Shown here: piece after piece, positions 1 through 7,895 of the stretch
How the letters are laid out: each line of letters begins with the position of its first letter
Position numbering within the stretch: the stretch's first letter is position 1
Origin: Allobaculum fili
GTDB lineage: Bacteria; Bacillota_I; Bacilli_A; Erysipelotrichales; Erysipelotrichaceae
Assembly (NCBI RefSeq): GCF_020969955.1
Contig: NZ_JAHDSX010000016.1
Span: 1-32,000, forward strand
Direction of reading: 5' to 3'
DNA: 32,000 bases
Position numbers and translations under genes: made by a program
The notes under the pieces: generated by a model
Seen by the model: the letters and a program-made list of their open reading frames with translations, nothing else
What the model was told of the DNA's origin: nothing
Database searches by the model: none

Positions 1-156
1 AAAGAATTCATAGAAATACTCACCAGACACAAAGACCGGCCTATGGAAGAAATCAAAGATCTGCTCAGGATAGAAGCCTGTCAGGCACCTCAGCGCCAAT
101 CTGTCTATGAGCCTCTGGCCGCACAGGTAGAAGAATACCAGGCCCTCTTTGCCTAG
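1..156 (+). CDS. istA: IS21-family transposase IstA, C-terminal fragment (5' part outside the window)
   Basis: Frame 1 is open from the window edge to TAG at 154-156 and stops 14 nt before a clear istB. The istA-istB tandem order is the IS21-family rule. The 51 residues carry no motif I recognise, so the call is contextual. Confidence 0.5.
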   Translation, partial: KEFIEILTRHKDRPMEEIKDLLRIEACQAPQRQSVYEPLAAQVEEYQALFA

Positions 157-170
157 AAAGCGAGTATGAA

Positions 171-995
171 ATGAACATTGAAGCTTACGCCAAAAGGCTG
201 CGCCTGCCTTTTATCCGCCAGAACTATAAGGAACTGGCTGCCCAGGCGAGAGAAGATCACCTTGATTACGAAGAATTTCTGGAAAAGGTCCTCAAAGGCG
301 AAACGATCAGCCGCAATGAAAACTGTATTCAGAAGCGGATCCAGCTGGCGCATTTCCCAAATCGGATGTCTCTGGAAGACTTTCAAACGGAACATTTGAG
401 AATCGAAATCCAGCAGAAAGTAAAAGAGCTCTCAAGTCTGGACTTTATAAAAAATGGAGAAAACGTAATCCTGATTGGAAATCCAGGAACGGGAAAAAGT
501 GCCTTGTCTATCTGTCTGGGTATGGAAGCCTGTCTGAACAATATGAGCGTTCTGTTTATCGGGGTGTCCGATCTGTTGATCGAGATCCGTGAAGCCATGA
601 GCCAGAACCAGCTGCTTCGATATAAGAAACGTTTTGAAAGTTTTGACCTCGTGATATTGGACGAACTTGGATACTGCTCATTCGATCAGAAATCTGGTGA
701 GATTCTGTTTAACTTGATTTCGAGTCGCAATGGCAAGAAGTCCTTGATCGTCACAAGCAATCTGGAGCTCAACCGCTGGAGCGAGATTTTCAAAGATGAA
801 GTACTGACGTCAGCGATGATTGATCGACTGGCTTATAAGGCCTACATGATCAATATGACCGGCCAGAGTTACAGGCTTCGTGAAACCAAGAAATGGGTTG
901 AAGAAAAATCAGGCGGAAAAAATCAGAAAAAGCGCGTCACCCCCCTAGGGGGTGAAGGGAGAAGGAACTGCTCTGGAAAGAGCAGTCTTCTATAA
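171..995 (+). CDS. istB: IS21-family helper ATPase IstB
   Basis: Walker A GNPGTGKS, Walker B DLVILDELGY, IstB-type N-terminus (LRLPFIRQNY...) and C-terminal DRL...GQSYRL. The last ~25 codons may be read-through into the IS end. Confidence 0.92.
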   Translation: MNIEAYAKRLRLPFIRQNYKELAAQAREDHLDYEEFLEKVLKGETISRNENCIQKRIQLAHFPNRMSLEDFQTEHLRIEIQQKVKELSSLDFIKNGENVILIGNPGTGKSALSICLGMEACLNNMSVLFIGVSDLLIEIREAMSQNQLLRYKKRFESFDLVILDELGYCSFDQKSGEILFNLISSRNGKKSLIVTSNLELNRWSEIFKDEVLTSAMIDRLAYKAYMINMTGQSYRLRETKKWVEEKSGGKNQKKRVTPLGGEGRRNCSGKSSLL

Positions 996-2152
996 CCCAA
1001 AGTGGACCAGTTTTCAATTGACAAAAACAGCTCCTTCTGCTCATAGCGGATTTCAACTTTTTCAATGCCATCCATCAGCTTTTTGGTCAGCCGGACGTAT
1101 TCGCCCTCGCTCCGGCTTCGGCTTCTGGCTGCCTTTTGAACATAATCTTCGCAAAGAAGCGTACGAAGCGTATGTTCGAACATGCGAATTTCCTTGATCT
1201 GAAACCGTTCTTTGGCCTGTCGGTCCGGCGAGTCGTCCGCATTCAGTTCCAGAATGCGCTTTACCGTATCGTAGGATGCGGTCACAATCGACGGAAAATC
1301 GACGATATGAAGCGTATCGGCGGTGAGGAGGTACTGAAAGTTCAGAGGCCGAAAGCGCGCCTGTTCGATCCGGGCCGGACTGAAAATAGGATCTTTCCCC
1401 AGGAATTCTCGGACATCTTCCGTATGCAGAGAAGAGGGAAGCAAAATGTGAATTTTCCATGCGCCCTGGGAAATCAGCGTTTCGGCTATGTGCTGATCTT
1501 CGGGTTTAAAGATCGGGGGTTCGTCCAGTTTCTCAATCAGACGGAAGACGAAATTGCGCATGTAGGAAACTGCCAGCGCATTGGCCGCTCCGATGACCAT
1601 CGGTGCCGTCACATCGGTCGTCTGTTCAATGTAATCGTGGATTCCGTCGATCGAACGATTCGTCCGTTCAATGATTTCATGAATCCGTTTTGCGGTCAGC
1701 TCCATCTCCTCCGTGTTCCAGGGATCAAACCGAAAAGCCGGCAGTGCGATTCCTCCGTTTACACCGGACAGATCTTCGGGCAGACGGACCGATTCGTCAC
1801 TGAGCAGGATGACTTTTTCCGGACCGAGGGCCATGACACAGAGACCGATCTCAAAGAGCACGTTGTCCCGCATCGTCTTTTCCCGGATTTCTTCGCCGTT
1901 TCGAATGAGTGTCGTTTCATCATGCCCTTCGCAGATCAGAATGGCGTAGTCAAACGACGGAATCTTTTTGATGAGCATCGGCAGAAGCGCGATCTGCTCT
2001 TCGTTTACGGCCTGCGCGAACAGATCCCTCCATTCGCTGACCTGATAGTCATATTCTTCCAGGCGGTATTTCAAATGCTGAAGAATACCGCTTTTTTCGG
2101 AAAGACCGCTTGAAAACAGAACAATAGAAATGCCGTTCGCAGAATTTGTCAT
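923..2152 (-). CDS. cap12: TIR-like (CAP12/pfam10137-type) NADase domain fused to a STING cyclic-dinucleotide-binding domain; CBASS-type effector. The 3' end is probably chimeric with IS21 sequence.
   Basis: N-terminal aa ~8-135: ISIVLFSS...DYAILICEGHD...RDNVLFEIGLCVMALGPEKVILL, the TIR-like signature with the catalytic-type Glu (E101). C-terminal aa ~183-340 aligns by eye to human STING blocks recalled from memory: ALAVSYMRNFVFRLIEKL vs GLAWSYYIGYLRLILPEL, KIHILLPSS vs RLYILLPLD, IVDFPSIVTASYD vs LEYATPLQTLFAM, RQAKERFQIKEIRMFEHTLRTLL vs REDRLEQAKLFCRTLEDIL. GGAGG lies 5 nt upstream of the ATG at 2152. Confidence 0.85.
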   Translation of the reverse strand: MTNSANGISIVLFSSGLSEKSGILQHLKYRLEEYDYQVSEWRDLFAQAVNEEQIALLPMLIKKIPSFDYAILICEGHDETTLIRNGEEIREKTMRDNVLFEIGLCVMALGPEKVILLSDESVRLPEDLSGVNGGIALPAFRFDPWNTEEMELTAKRIHEIIERTNRSIDGIHDYIEQTTDVTAPMVIGAANALAVSYMRNFVFRLIEKLDEPPIFKPEDQHIAETLISQGAWKIHILLPSSLHTEDVREFLGKDPIFSPARIEQARFRPLNFQYLLTADTLHIVDFPSIVTASYDTVKRILELNADDSPDRQAKERFQIKEIRMFEHTLRTLLCEDYVQKAARSRSRSEGEYVRLTKKLMDGIEKVEIRYEQKELFLSIENWSTLGYRRLLFPEQFLLPSPPRGVTRFF

Positions 2153-2435
2153 CTTTCCTCCCCGTCTATGCCTTTTCTTCTTTGGACTGTCCTAAAATAG
2201 GAATACATTCCCATACAAAAGGCCTGCCTTTATTATAAAGAGATTCCCGGAAGGAAAATCCAGAGGAGGAAAACGGGTACGTTTGCGTGTGCAGTCGGGA
2301 TTCTTTCCTCACTTTTGCGTCCAGTATTCGGGGTACACCAGACGGCCAGAAAACATGGAGCAGGCCAGAACCCGTATAAAAAGCTAGACACTCATCTAGC
2401 TGGAAATCCACATAGAAAGAAGGAAAGAACAGAAT

Positions 2436-2963
2436 ATGATCACTTCAAAACCGATGACGCTTGCCGAAGTTTCCGGTATTGTGCTGGAACAGCTGCCCAA
2501 AGGCATTCTTCTGACGACGCAGGATGGCGATGTTCGCGATACCATGACGATCGGCTGGGGCGGCCTGGGAACCAACTGGGGAATGGATGTCTTCACCGTG
2601 TATGTGCGGGAAAGCCGCTTTACCAAAACGCTTCTCGATGCCAACCCCGTCTTTACGATCAGCTGCCCGATGCCCGGCATGGATGTCCGGTCGATTTTAG
2701 GCTTCTGCGGAACGAAATCCGGCCGGGACGTAGACAAGTTCGAAGCCTGCCATCTCCACACCGTTCCGGGCGAGGAAGTGTGTACACCGGCGATTCTGGA
2801 GTTGCCGCTGACGATTGAGTGTCAGGTGCTTTACGCCCAGAAGGAAGATCCGGCCAGCATTCCTTCCGAAATCCGGAAGCACTATTATCCAGAAGGGGAC
2901 AATCATACAATCTATATCGCACACATTAAAGCGGTTTATCTCCTGCAGAACGACGAACAGTAA
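2436..2963 (+). CDS. flavin reductase-like (FMN-binding split-barrel) family protein
   Basis: About 175 aa with LLTTQDGDVRDTMTIGWGGLG... and VFTISCP... patterns typical of the flavin reductase-like domain. GAAGGAAAG RBS. Confidence 0.7.
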   Translation: MITSKPMTLAEVSGIVLEQLPKGILLTTQDGDVRDTMTIGWGGLGTNWGMDVFTVYVRESRFTKTLLDANPVFTISCPMPGMDVRSILGFCGTKSGRDVDKFEACHLHTVPGEEVCTPAILELPLTIECQVLYAQKEDPASIPSEIRKHYYPEGDNHTIYIAHIKAVYLLQNDEQ

Positions 2964-3012
2964 AACGGGTCTTCCGCGCGATACTGCACATTTCCATATA
3001 CAGACAGACAAA

Positions 3013-3052
3013 GGCGGATCCTCCAGATAAAGGGAGGATCCGCCTTGATTTG
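3013..3052. terminator. bidirectional rho-independent terminator between convergent genes
   Basis: Perfect 12-bp stem GGCGGATCCTCC / GGAGGATCCGCC (3013-3024 / 3033-3044) with an 8-nt loop, T-rich on the + side (ttgatttg) and A-rich before it. Confidence 0.8.
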
Positions 3053-3063
3053 TAAATTGAACG

Positions 3064-4218
3064 TTATTCGGCAAGTCCGGGAAGAAAAGGATCGGACTGC
3101 GGATTCATGGACGCAGCCAGTTCGCACCAGTCGCCAAGCCGTCTGGAAATGCCGGTAAAAAACGGGTCTGGCGGCGTATTTTCGGGACGGTGATGTTTCA
3201 GCATGTGTGCAGCTAGAGAAGCGATCTCGTCGTTTGTACGGGCGTAGCAGGCATAGCCGTGACGTTCGAAAAACTCCGCGTTCTGTGTTTCACATCCTGG
3301 AATCGCAAACGCAAGCAGCAGCGGCGTTCCGGAAGCGGCCGCTTCGGTAATGGAAAGGCCGCCTGGTTTCGTAATAAACAGATCCGCCAGCTGCAAGTAC
3401 TGAAAAATGTTTTTCGTAAAGGCCACCGGGGAAATGGATGGATCGTTGAACTTTTCGATGCGGCGATACAGTTTCCGGTTGTTGCCGCAAAGCACGAGAA
3501 TGTGCAGATCCGGCTGGTCTTCAAGCAGCGGCTGCAGGGAAATGAGCATGGGCCAGAGACCTTTAATGCCCATCGATCCGCCGCCGACTAAAACGTAGCG
3601 TCTGGAAGGACTCAGCCCTAATGCCTTGCAGGCTTTATCCCGGCTGGTGCGCAGATCGAACTTGCGATCGACGGGAATGCCGCAGGGGATCATGCGGGAG
3701 TGATCGACGCCTTCCTGAAAGAAGGTCTCCACCAGATCGGGATGGGGAATGGTCATCCAGTCCGTCTGAACGTCGCTTTCAAAGGGAATGCACGTATAGT
3801 CGGTGGGAATCATTACGCTAGGCGGAACGTGCAGACCATGGTTTTTCAGCCAGGTGAGCATGAGTCCCGGATACGGATGCGAACACAGGATAAGATCGAC
3901 TGGATGTTCGCTCAGCCAGCGATGCAAAGCCAGAGCGGTCTTTTTCTGGACCGCCAGAACGGGATTGGGCAGGCTGAAGTTTCGCTCGCCTTCTTCGTAC
4001 AGGCGGCCGAGCTGATAGACGGCGCCAAAGAGATGCGGCGAAAGCTGCACCATGGAAACGTAGGCGCTGCCGACGCGCCTGGCCATCTGCGGCGAGCGCA
4101 AAGAATACGGGTCGAAGAAATGTACGGTCCAGCCGCGCGCCGTGAGTTCGTGGACCATAGCGTGTGCGGCGGAATTGTGACCGCCGCCGGTCGAACAGGA
4201 CAGAATCAGCGCTTCCAT
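3064..4218 (-). CDS. UgtP/MGDG-synthase-like diacylglycerol glycosyltransferase (GT-B fold, GT28-like)
   Basis: MEALILSCSTGGGHNSAA N-terminal Gly-rich motif and FITKPGGLSITEAAASGTPLL C-terminal motif. Start moved to the ATG at 4218 (GGAGG 10 nt upstream); the 83 codons further upstream in the ORF track overlap plsY and are not protein-like. Confidence 0.8.
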   Translation of the reverse strand: MEALILSCSTGGGHNSAAHAMVHELTARGWTVHFFDPYSLRSPQMARRVGSAYVSMVQLSPHLFGAVYQLGRLYEEGERNFSLPNPVLAVQKKTALALHRWLSEHPVDLILCSHPYPGLMLTWLKNHGLHVPPSVMIPTDYTCIPFESDVQTDWMTIPHPDLVETFFQEGVDHSRMIPCGIPVDRKFDLRTSRDKACKALGLSPSRRYVLVGGGSMGIKGLWPMLISLQPLLEDQPDLHILVLCGNNRKLYRRIEKFNDPSISPVAFTKNIFQYLQLADLFITKPGGLSITEAAASGTPLLLAFAIPGCETQNAEFFERHGYACYARTNDEIASLAAHMLKHHRPENTPPDPFFTGISRRLGDWCELAASMNPQSDPFLPGLAE

Positions 4219-4829
4219 AAAAAGCTTACCTCCATATCCGGCCGGGCTTCTTTGGACAGGCCGAGTCTTGCGAGTACAGAAACTGAAGTCAGAGCCGCTC
4301 CACCGACTAAAACGGAAGCGGCCTGCAAAGCCAGACACATGGGGGCGTAAAGAATAAAGACAAGCCCCGTCATGTAGAAATTCGGACGAATTCGAATGAC
4401 CAGCGTAAAGGTCAGAAAAAGCACGATTAAAGCCAGCGTGGGCAGAAAGCTCACCTGACCGGCCCATACGCCAAGGGCGGAGCCAAATGTGGCGGCGATG
4501 CCTTTACCGCCGCGAAAACGATAGAAAATGGGGAACAGGTGTCCAAAGACCGGCGCCCACATGACCAGCATCAGACTGCAGGGGATCAGGGCGCATTCTG
4601 GCGTGCGGGTGTACAGATAAACCGGAAGGAAGGCTTTGCCCAGATCGCCGAGCAGAACGAACAGACCGCACCAGAACCCGCCTTTTTCAAAGGCGTTGAA
4701 GGTGCCGGGATTGCCGTCCTCGGTTCCCAGGGTGGCGTCTTTTTTCGAAAACAGTGCCGAGTAAAGGTGAATATAGAGAATGCTCCCGGAAAGATAACCG
4801 AACAGCAGATAGGCGAATAGTGTCATCAT
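4206..4829 (-). CDS. plsY: glycerol-3-phosphate acyltransferase PlsY
   Basis: Polytopic membrane protein with EDGNPGTFNAF and FRGGKGIAATFG (PlsY motifs GSGNxGATN / KGGKGVAT). Its stop overlaps the downstream glycosyltransferase start by 13 nt. Confidence 0.85.
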   Translation of the reverse strand: MMTLFAYLLFGYLSGSILYIHLYSALFSKKDATLGTEDGNPGTFNAFEKGGFWCGLFVLLGDLGKAFLPVYLYTRTPECALIPCSLMLVMWAPVFGHLFPIFYRFRGGKGIAATFGSALGVWAGQVSFLPTLALIVLFLTFTLVIRIRPNFYMTGLVFILYAPMCLALQAASVLVGGAALTSVSVLARLGLSKEARPDMEVSFLWKR

Positions 4830-4973
4830 GATTCTCTATATTATATCGAAAAGCCCTTCAGGACCTTTCAATCATGCCAAACGATTTTGTGAGATTGCCT
4901 ATCGCATTGGATTTACAAAAAAGTTACGCACGAAAAAGGAGAAGCCAAAAGCTTCTCCATCAAAAAATCGCAT

Positions 4974-4998
4974 AAAAAAAGCGGAGCGTTAGCTCCGC
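4974..4998 (-). terminator. rho-independent terminator downstream of tRNA-Asn
   Basis: GCGGAGC-gtta-GCTCCGC hairpin at 4981-4998, followed on the minus strand by a T7 run (A7 on + at 4974-4980). Confidence 0.75.
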
Positions 4999-5009
4999 GA
5001 TTGATCAAA

Positions 5010-5085
5010 TGGCGCCTGAAACAAGACTCGAACTTGTGACCTGCCGGTTAACAGCCGGATGCTCTACCGACTGAGCTATTCAGGC
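5010..5085 (-). tRNA. tRNA-Asn (anticodon GTT), CCA encoded
   Basis: Reverse complement reads GCCTGAATAGCTCAGTCGGTAGAGCATCCGGCTGTTAACCGGCAGGTCACAAGTTCGAGTCTTGTTTCAGGCGCCA. Acceptor GCCTGAA/TTCAGGC, D arm GCTC/GAGC, anticodon loop CTGTTAA, T arm ACAAG-TTCGAGT-CTTGT. Confidence 0.93.
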
Positions 5086-5139
5086 ATTTGATCTTGGCTC
5101 ATCAGCGGCTTTTTCAACCCGCTCCCTGAGCGCAAAGAT

Positions 5140-5168
5140 AATTTATCATTTTCCCCTAACCCCGTCAA
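5140..5168 (-). promoter_or_regulatory. candidate sigma-A promoter for tRNA-Asn
   Basis: The minus strand reads TTGACG - 17 nt - TAAATT, about 55 nt upstream of the tRNA 5' end. Confidence 0.45.
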
Positions 5169-5656
5169 CAAATTTCATTCAAAAAATTTTAAATTCAGAT
5201 TTAAAAGTATATGTGGGTCAATCAAAAACCGGAAAAATCCGATGGGTATAAGGGATTTCGCCATAAACGCTCCTCAGAACAAACCAGAAAAAAGTTTTCC
5301 ACAAGGTCCGGATAAAACAGAAATGAGGCTCTCTGGACTCTATACGGGCATCCAAATGCAGAAGAAAATTTCAAAAAATGGAAATTTTCTCCCGAGAAAC
5401 GCGTTCCACTTCAGAAAAAAAAGCCGATCCGGGCGGTTCAGGAACAAAATCCGGCTGCAAAACCAGACGCTTGAACCGTCTGCAGCACCGAGAGGAACAA
5501 TGCAAGCGTTAAACCGAACCTCAGCAGAAAGGGAACAGGCTTCAAAGTTCGGTCGCTTTGGGAATGCGATAAGATGATCAGTGTATTTTGATATTGGATC
5601 CATCGCCTTAACCCCCATGCGTTTTTCTGGAATGGCTGCACATAGAATGAACCGCG

Positions 5657-5692
5657 AGAAGCAATACCAGAGAAGCAATACCAGAGAAGCAA
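5657..5692. repeat. 14-bp tandem repeat (AGAAGCAATACCAG x2 plus a partial third unit)
   Basis: Direct reading: units at 5657-5670 and 5671-5684 are identical, and 5685-5692 repeats the first 8 nt. Confidence 0.85.
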
Positions 5693-5837
5693 AATGGGAA
5701 AAACAAAACGGGAAAAGCTGTGCAGAAAACACGGCGGGAGGCGACAGGCAAAACAGTACGTGATGGAACAGAAGCCGTACGGGACGAAATAAACGAAACA
5801 AACAGCACGAGATAATACAAGAAGGCAGGGGGAAAGT

Positions 5838-6872
5838 ATGTTCACAAACACAGACAGCACAAAAATGAAGGATGCAAAGACTTTAAGCGAGACGTCTTCT
5901 CTTTTGAACAATTTGAAAGAGATCCAGACACTCGCTGCATCCTTGCCCGCAGACCGTCCCGATCCGTCGCGGATTCGGGCCGTTATTATGGATATGGATG
6001 GCACGCTGCTCAACGCGAAAGAAGAAATCTCCCCCAAAACCCGTGCGTATCTCATTGGGCTGGAACAGGCGGGCATCCGTCTGATTCTGGCTTCAGGGCG
6101 CAGCTATAAGCGGCTTCTTCGCTATGCGAACGATTTGAGAATGGACGAATACGGAGGACTGCTCATTGAAGTGGACGGCGTCGCTCTATACGATCTCTCT
6201 GCAAAGGAACGTACCAAATACCACGAGATGTCTTCGGAAGAAATCCGGGAGATCTACACGTGGCTGATCGGACAGAACGCGGAAAGCCAGGCCGTATTTG
6301 ACGACGGCATGTTTGTCTATTTTTCTCCGGCGATACGGGAACATAAAATTTTGCTGCGCGGGGAAAATCATCTGGATGACGACTATCCCTGGACGGCAGG
6401 GCCATGGAAATGGCTGGCGGACATGCGCGACGGCTATCCGGAAATTCATTACGTAAAAAGCGCCGAGGAAATTTTCAAGCCCGTCAACAAGCTGCAGATC
6501 ATGCAGGAAGAACAGCCGCTGATCGAACTCTTCGAACGGATGCAGGCGCGCTTTGGCGATCGGTTTTCGATTTATCGAACGACGCCGCGTCAGCTTGAAG
6601 TGCTGCCTCTGGGCTTTTCGAAAGGCGAAGGCCTTCGCCGGCTGATGGAACGGGAAGGCTGGCAAAGCGATCAGGTCATCGCGTTTGGCGATGGGGAAAA
6701 TGACGTCTCCATGTTTGAAACCGTGCCTTTTTCCTTTGCGATGGGCAATGCGAAAGACTTCGTAAAACAGCAGGCGTGGGCTGTAACGGATTCCAATACG
6801 CAGGACGGAATTCGAAAAGCGCTTATGGCGCTCGGCCTGCCCGCAAACACGAAAGCCCATACCAAAAAATGA
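5838..6872 (+). CDS. Cof-type HAD-IIB family hydrolase (sugar-phosphate phosphatase-like)
   Basis: DMDGTLL (motif I), ILASGRS (motif II), GDGENDVSMF (motif IV) and a large cap insertion. AGGGGG RBS 6 nt before the ATG at 5838. About 45 aa N-terminal extension before motif I. Confidence 0.85.
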   Translation: MFTNTDSTKMKDAKTLSETSSLLNNLKEIQTLAASLPADRPDPSRIRAVIMDMDGTLLNAKEEISPKTRAYLIGLEQAGIRLILASGRSYKRLLRYANDLRMDEYGGLLIEVDGVALYDLSAKERTKYHEMSSEEIREIYTWLIGQNAESQAVFDDGMFVYFSPAIREHKILLRGENHLDDDYPWTAGPWKWLADMRDGYPEIHYVKSAEEIFKPVNKLQIMQEEQPLIELFERMQARFGDRFSIYRTTPRQLEVLPLGFSKGEGLRRLMEREGWQSDQVIAFGDGENDVSMFETVPFSFAMGNAKDFVKQQAWAVTDSNTQDGIRKALMALGLPANTKAHTKK

Positions 6873-7094
6873 AAGCGAACTCTGCGTCTGCGCACGCAAA
6901 TCGGCTTTGTTTTAAGCCTTTTTGAATTGTGTACTTCCCGATCGGAGTAAACGCGGACAAATCATTTGAACGATCGAGAACGACACGTTCGAAGATTTCG
7001 TGGGGTATAATATTCCGGCTTAGCCTTCCTGCCGGACAGTTCTGGCAGAGTGGAAAAGACGGTCGGCAATTTCAAAACGGAAAGAAGGAATTAC

Positions 7095-7679
7095 ATGAAT
7101 CTGGTAACGGTCATCATTATGTCTGCGGCACTTGCCATGGACGCCTTCGCTGTTTCGATTTGTAAAGGTCTGGCCACAAAGCATGCCGACGGGAAAGTCA
7201 TGCTCGCCTGCGCCTTGTGGTTTGGTCTGTTTCAGGGCCTCATGCCGGCTCTTGGCTACTTCTTCGGCGCGATGATTGTCGGCGCCGTACAGTCGTTCTC
7301 GAGCTGGATCGCCTTTGGCCTGCTGGCCTTCATCGGGATCAATATGATCCGTGAATCCGGAAAGGAAGAAGATACCGATTCTTCCATTGAAACCGGAGAA
7401 ATGTTCATGCTGGCGATTGCGACGTCGATCGACGCGCTCGCTGTCGGCGTTTCCTTTTCGATGACGCCGGTAGAAATCGTCGCCGCATGGCCGGTCTGGG
7501 CGAATGCGATGCTTGCCTGTGTGATCATCGCGATTGTCACCGGAATCTTCTGCGCCTTCGGCGTATGGCTCGGTTCCGCCGCCGGAAGTCACTTCCAGAA
7601 AAAAGCCAAAATTGCGGGCGGTCTGGTTCTGATTCTGATCGGCATACACATTCTGCTTTCTTCTTACGGAATTCTCTGA
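7095..7679 (+). CDS. mntP: manganese efflux pump MntP
   Basis: Two DUF204-type repeats (AMDAFAVS..., SIDALAVGVS...) in a six-TM-like hydrophobic profile. Start set to the ATG at 7095 (MNLVTVIIMS...) with AAGGAA upstream. Confidence 0.85.
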   Translation: MNLVTVIIMSAALAMDAFAVSICKGLATKHADGKVMLACALWFGLFQGLMPALGYFFGAMIVGAVQSFSSWIAFGLLAFIGINMIRESGKEEDTDSSIETGEMFMLAIATSIDALAVGVSFSMTPVEIVAAWPVWANAMLACVIIAIVTGIFCAFGVWLGSAAGSHFQKKAKIAGGLVLILIGIHILLSSYGIL

Positions 7680-7824
7680 TCGCTTCGCAGGACCTCGTCC
7701 GACGGGCATCCAGGCGGAAGAAGAGGCAATTTGAAAAGAGAGTAGAAAGTTAAGAGCGTTGAAATGGCAGAACGGAAACACCGCAGGCGCGGCAAACCGA
7801 AATCTGCCGTTTTTACGTCGTATG

Positions 7825-7852
7825 ACAGTACATACAACAGTACATACGACAG
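7825..7852. repeat. 12-bp-period direct repeat ACAGTACATAC-A-ACAGTACATAC-G-ACAG
   Basis: Direct reading, 45-70 nt upstream of the antiporter start codon. Confidence 0.8.
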
Positions 7853-7895
7853 ACCTGCGTCCAAACCGGAGCATGGTTTTTAAGAAAGGGTATCT

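Larger units (their letters stand above)
1..1023 (+). mobile_element. IS21-family insertion sequence, right-hand portion (istA fragment, istB, right end)
   Basis: istA/istB pair. Candidate terminus gtggaccagttttcaattgaCA at 1002-1023, whose reverse complement begins 5'-TG as IS21-family ends do, lies 28 nt past the istB stop. The left end is outside the window, so the inverted repeat cannot be confirmed. Confidence 0.6.

Noticed and set aside
1136-2113. 325-aa + strand ORF antisense to the TIR-STING gene
   Set aside because: No recognisable motif, Arg/Phe/Gly-rich composition and no RBS. The opposite strand carries clear TIR and STING signatures and a GGAGG RBS.
2196-2207. GGAAT-N2-ATTCC palindrome in the TIR-STING leader, and GGGAAT-N7-ATTCCC at 9765-9783 upstream of the MazF-like gene, considered as a shared operator
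   Set aside because: The spacer lengths differ (2 versus 7 nt) and the half-site is only 5-6 bp, so chance occurrence is likely.
2166-2411. 81-aa minus-strand ORF directly upstream of TIR-STING, considered as a possible partner gene
   Set aside because: No RBS and no motif, and far too small for a CD-NTase. It spans the divergent promoter region.
4219-4467. N-terminal 83 codons of the 467-aa ORF-track version of the glycosyltransferase
   Set aside because: They overlap the plsY coding region in another frame and are not protein-like. The ATG at 4218 has a GGAGG RBS and starts exactly at the conserved Gly-rich motif.
4829-4870. Possible near-leaderless plsY promoter (TATAAT only 10 nt upstream of the ATG, no SD)
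   Set aside because: The only -35-like hexamer (TTGAAA) is 20 nt from the -10, outside the usual 16-18 nt spacing. It cannot be supported without TSS data.
5438-6076. 212-aa and 153-aa minus-strand ORFs in the tRNA-Cof spacer
   Set aside because: They are low-complexity Phe/Ser/Leu/Cys translations of a pyrimidine-rich strand. The 212-aa ORF overlaps the Cof gene start. No RBS.
6900-7094. Expected yybP-ykoY manganese riboswitch upstream of mntP
   Set aside because: I could not find the conserved GGGGAGUAG / UUGACAU / CAAGAC-type blocks on the + strand. Only short hairpins (CCGGC...GCCGG, CTGCC...GGCAG) and a TATAAT at 7005-7010 are visible. A covariance-model scan is needed before any claim.
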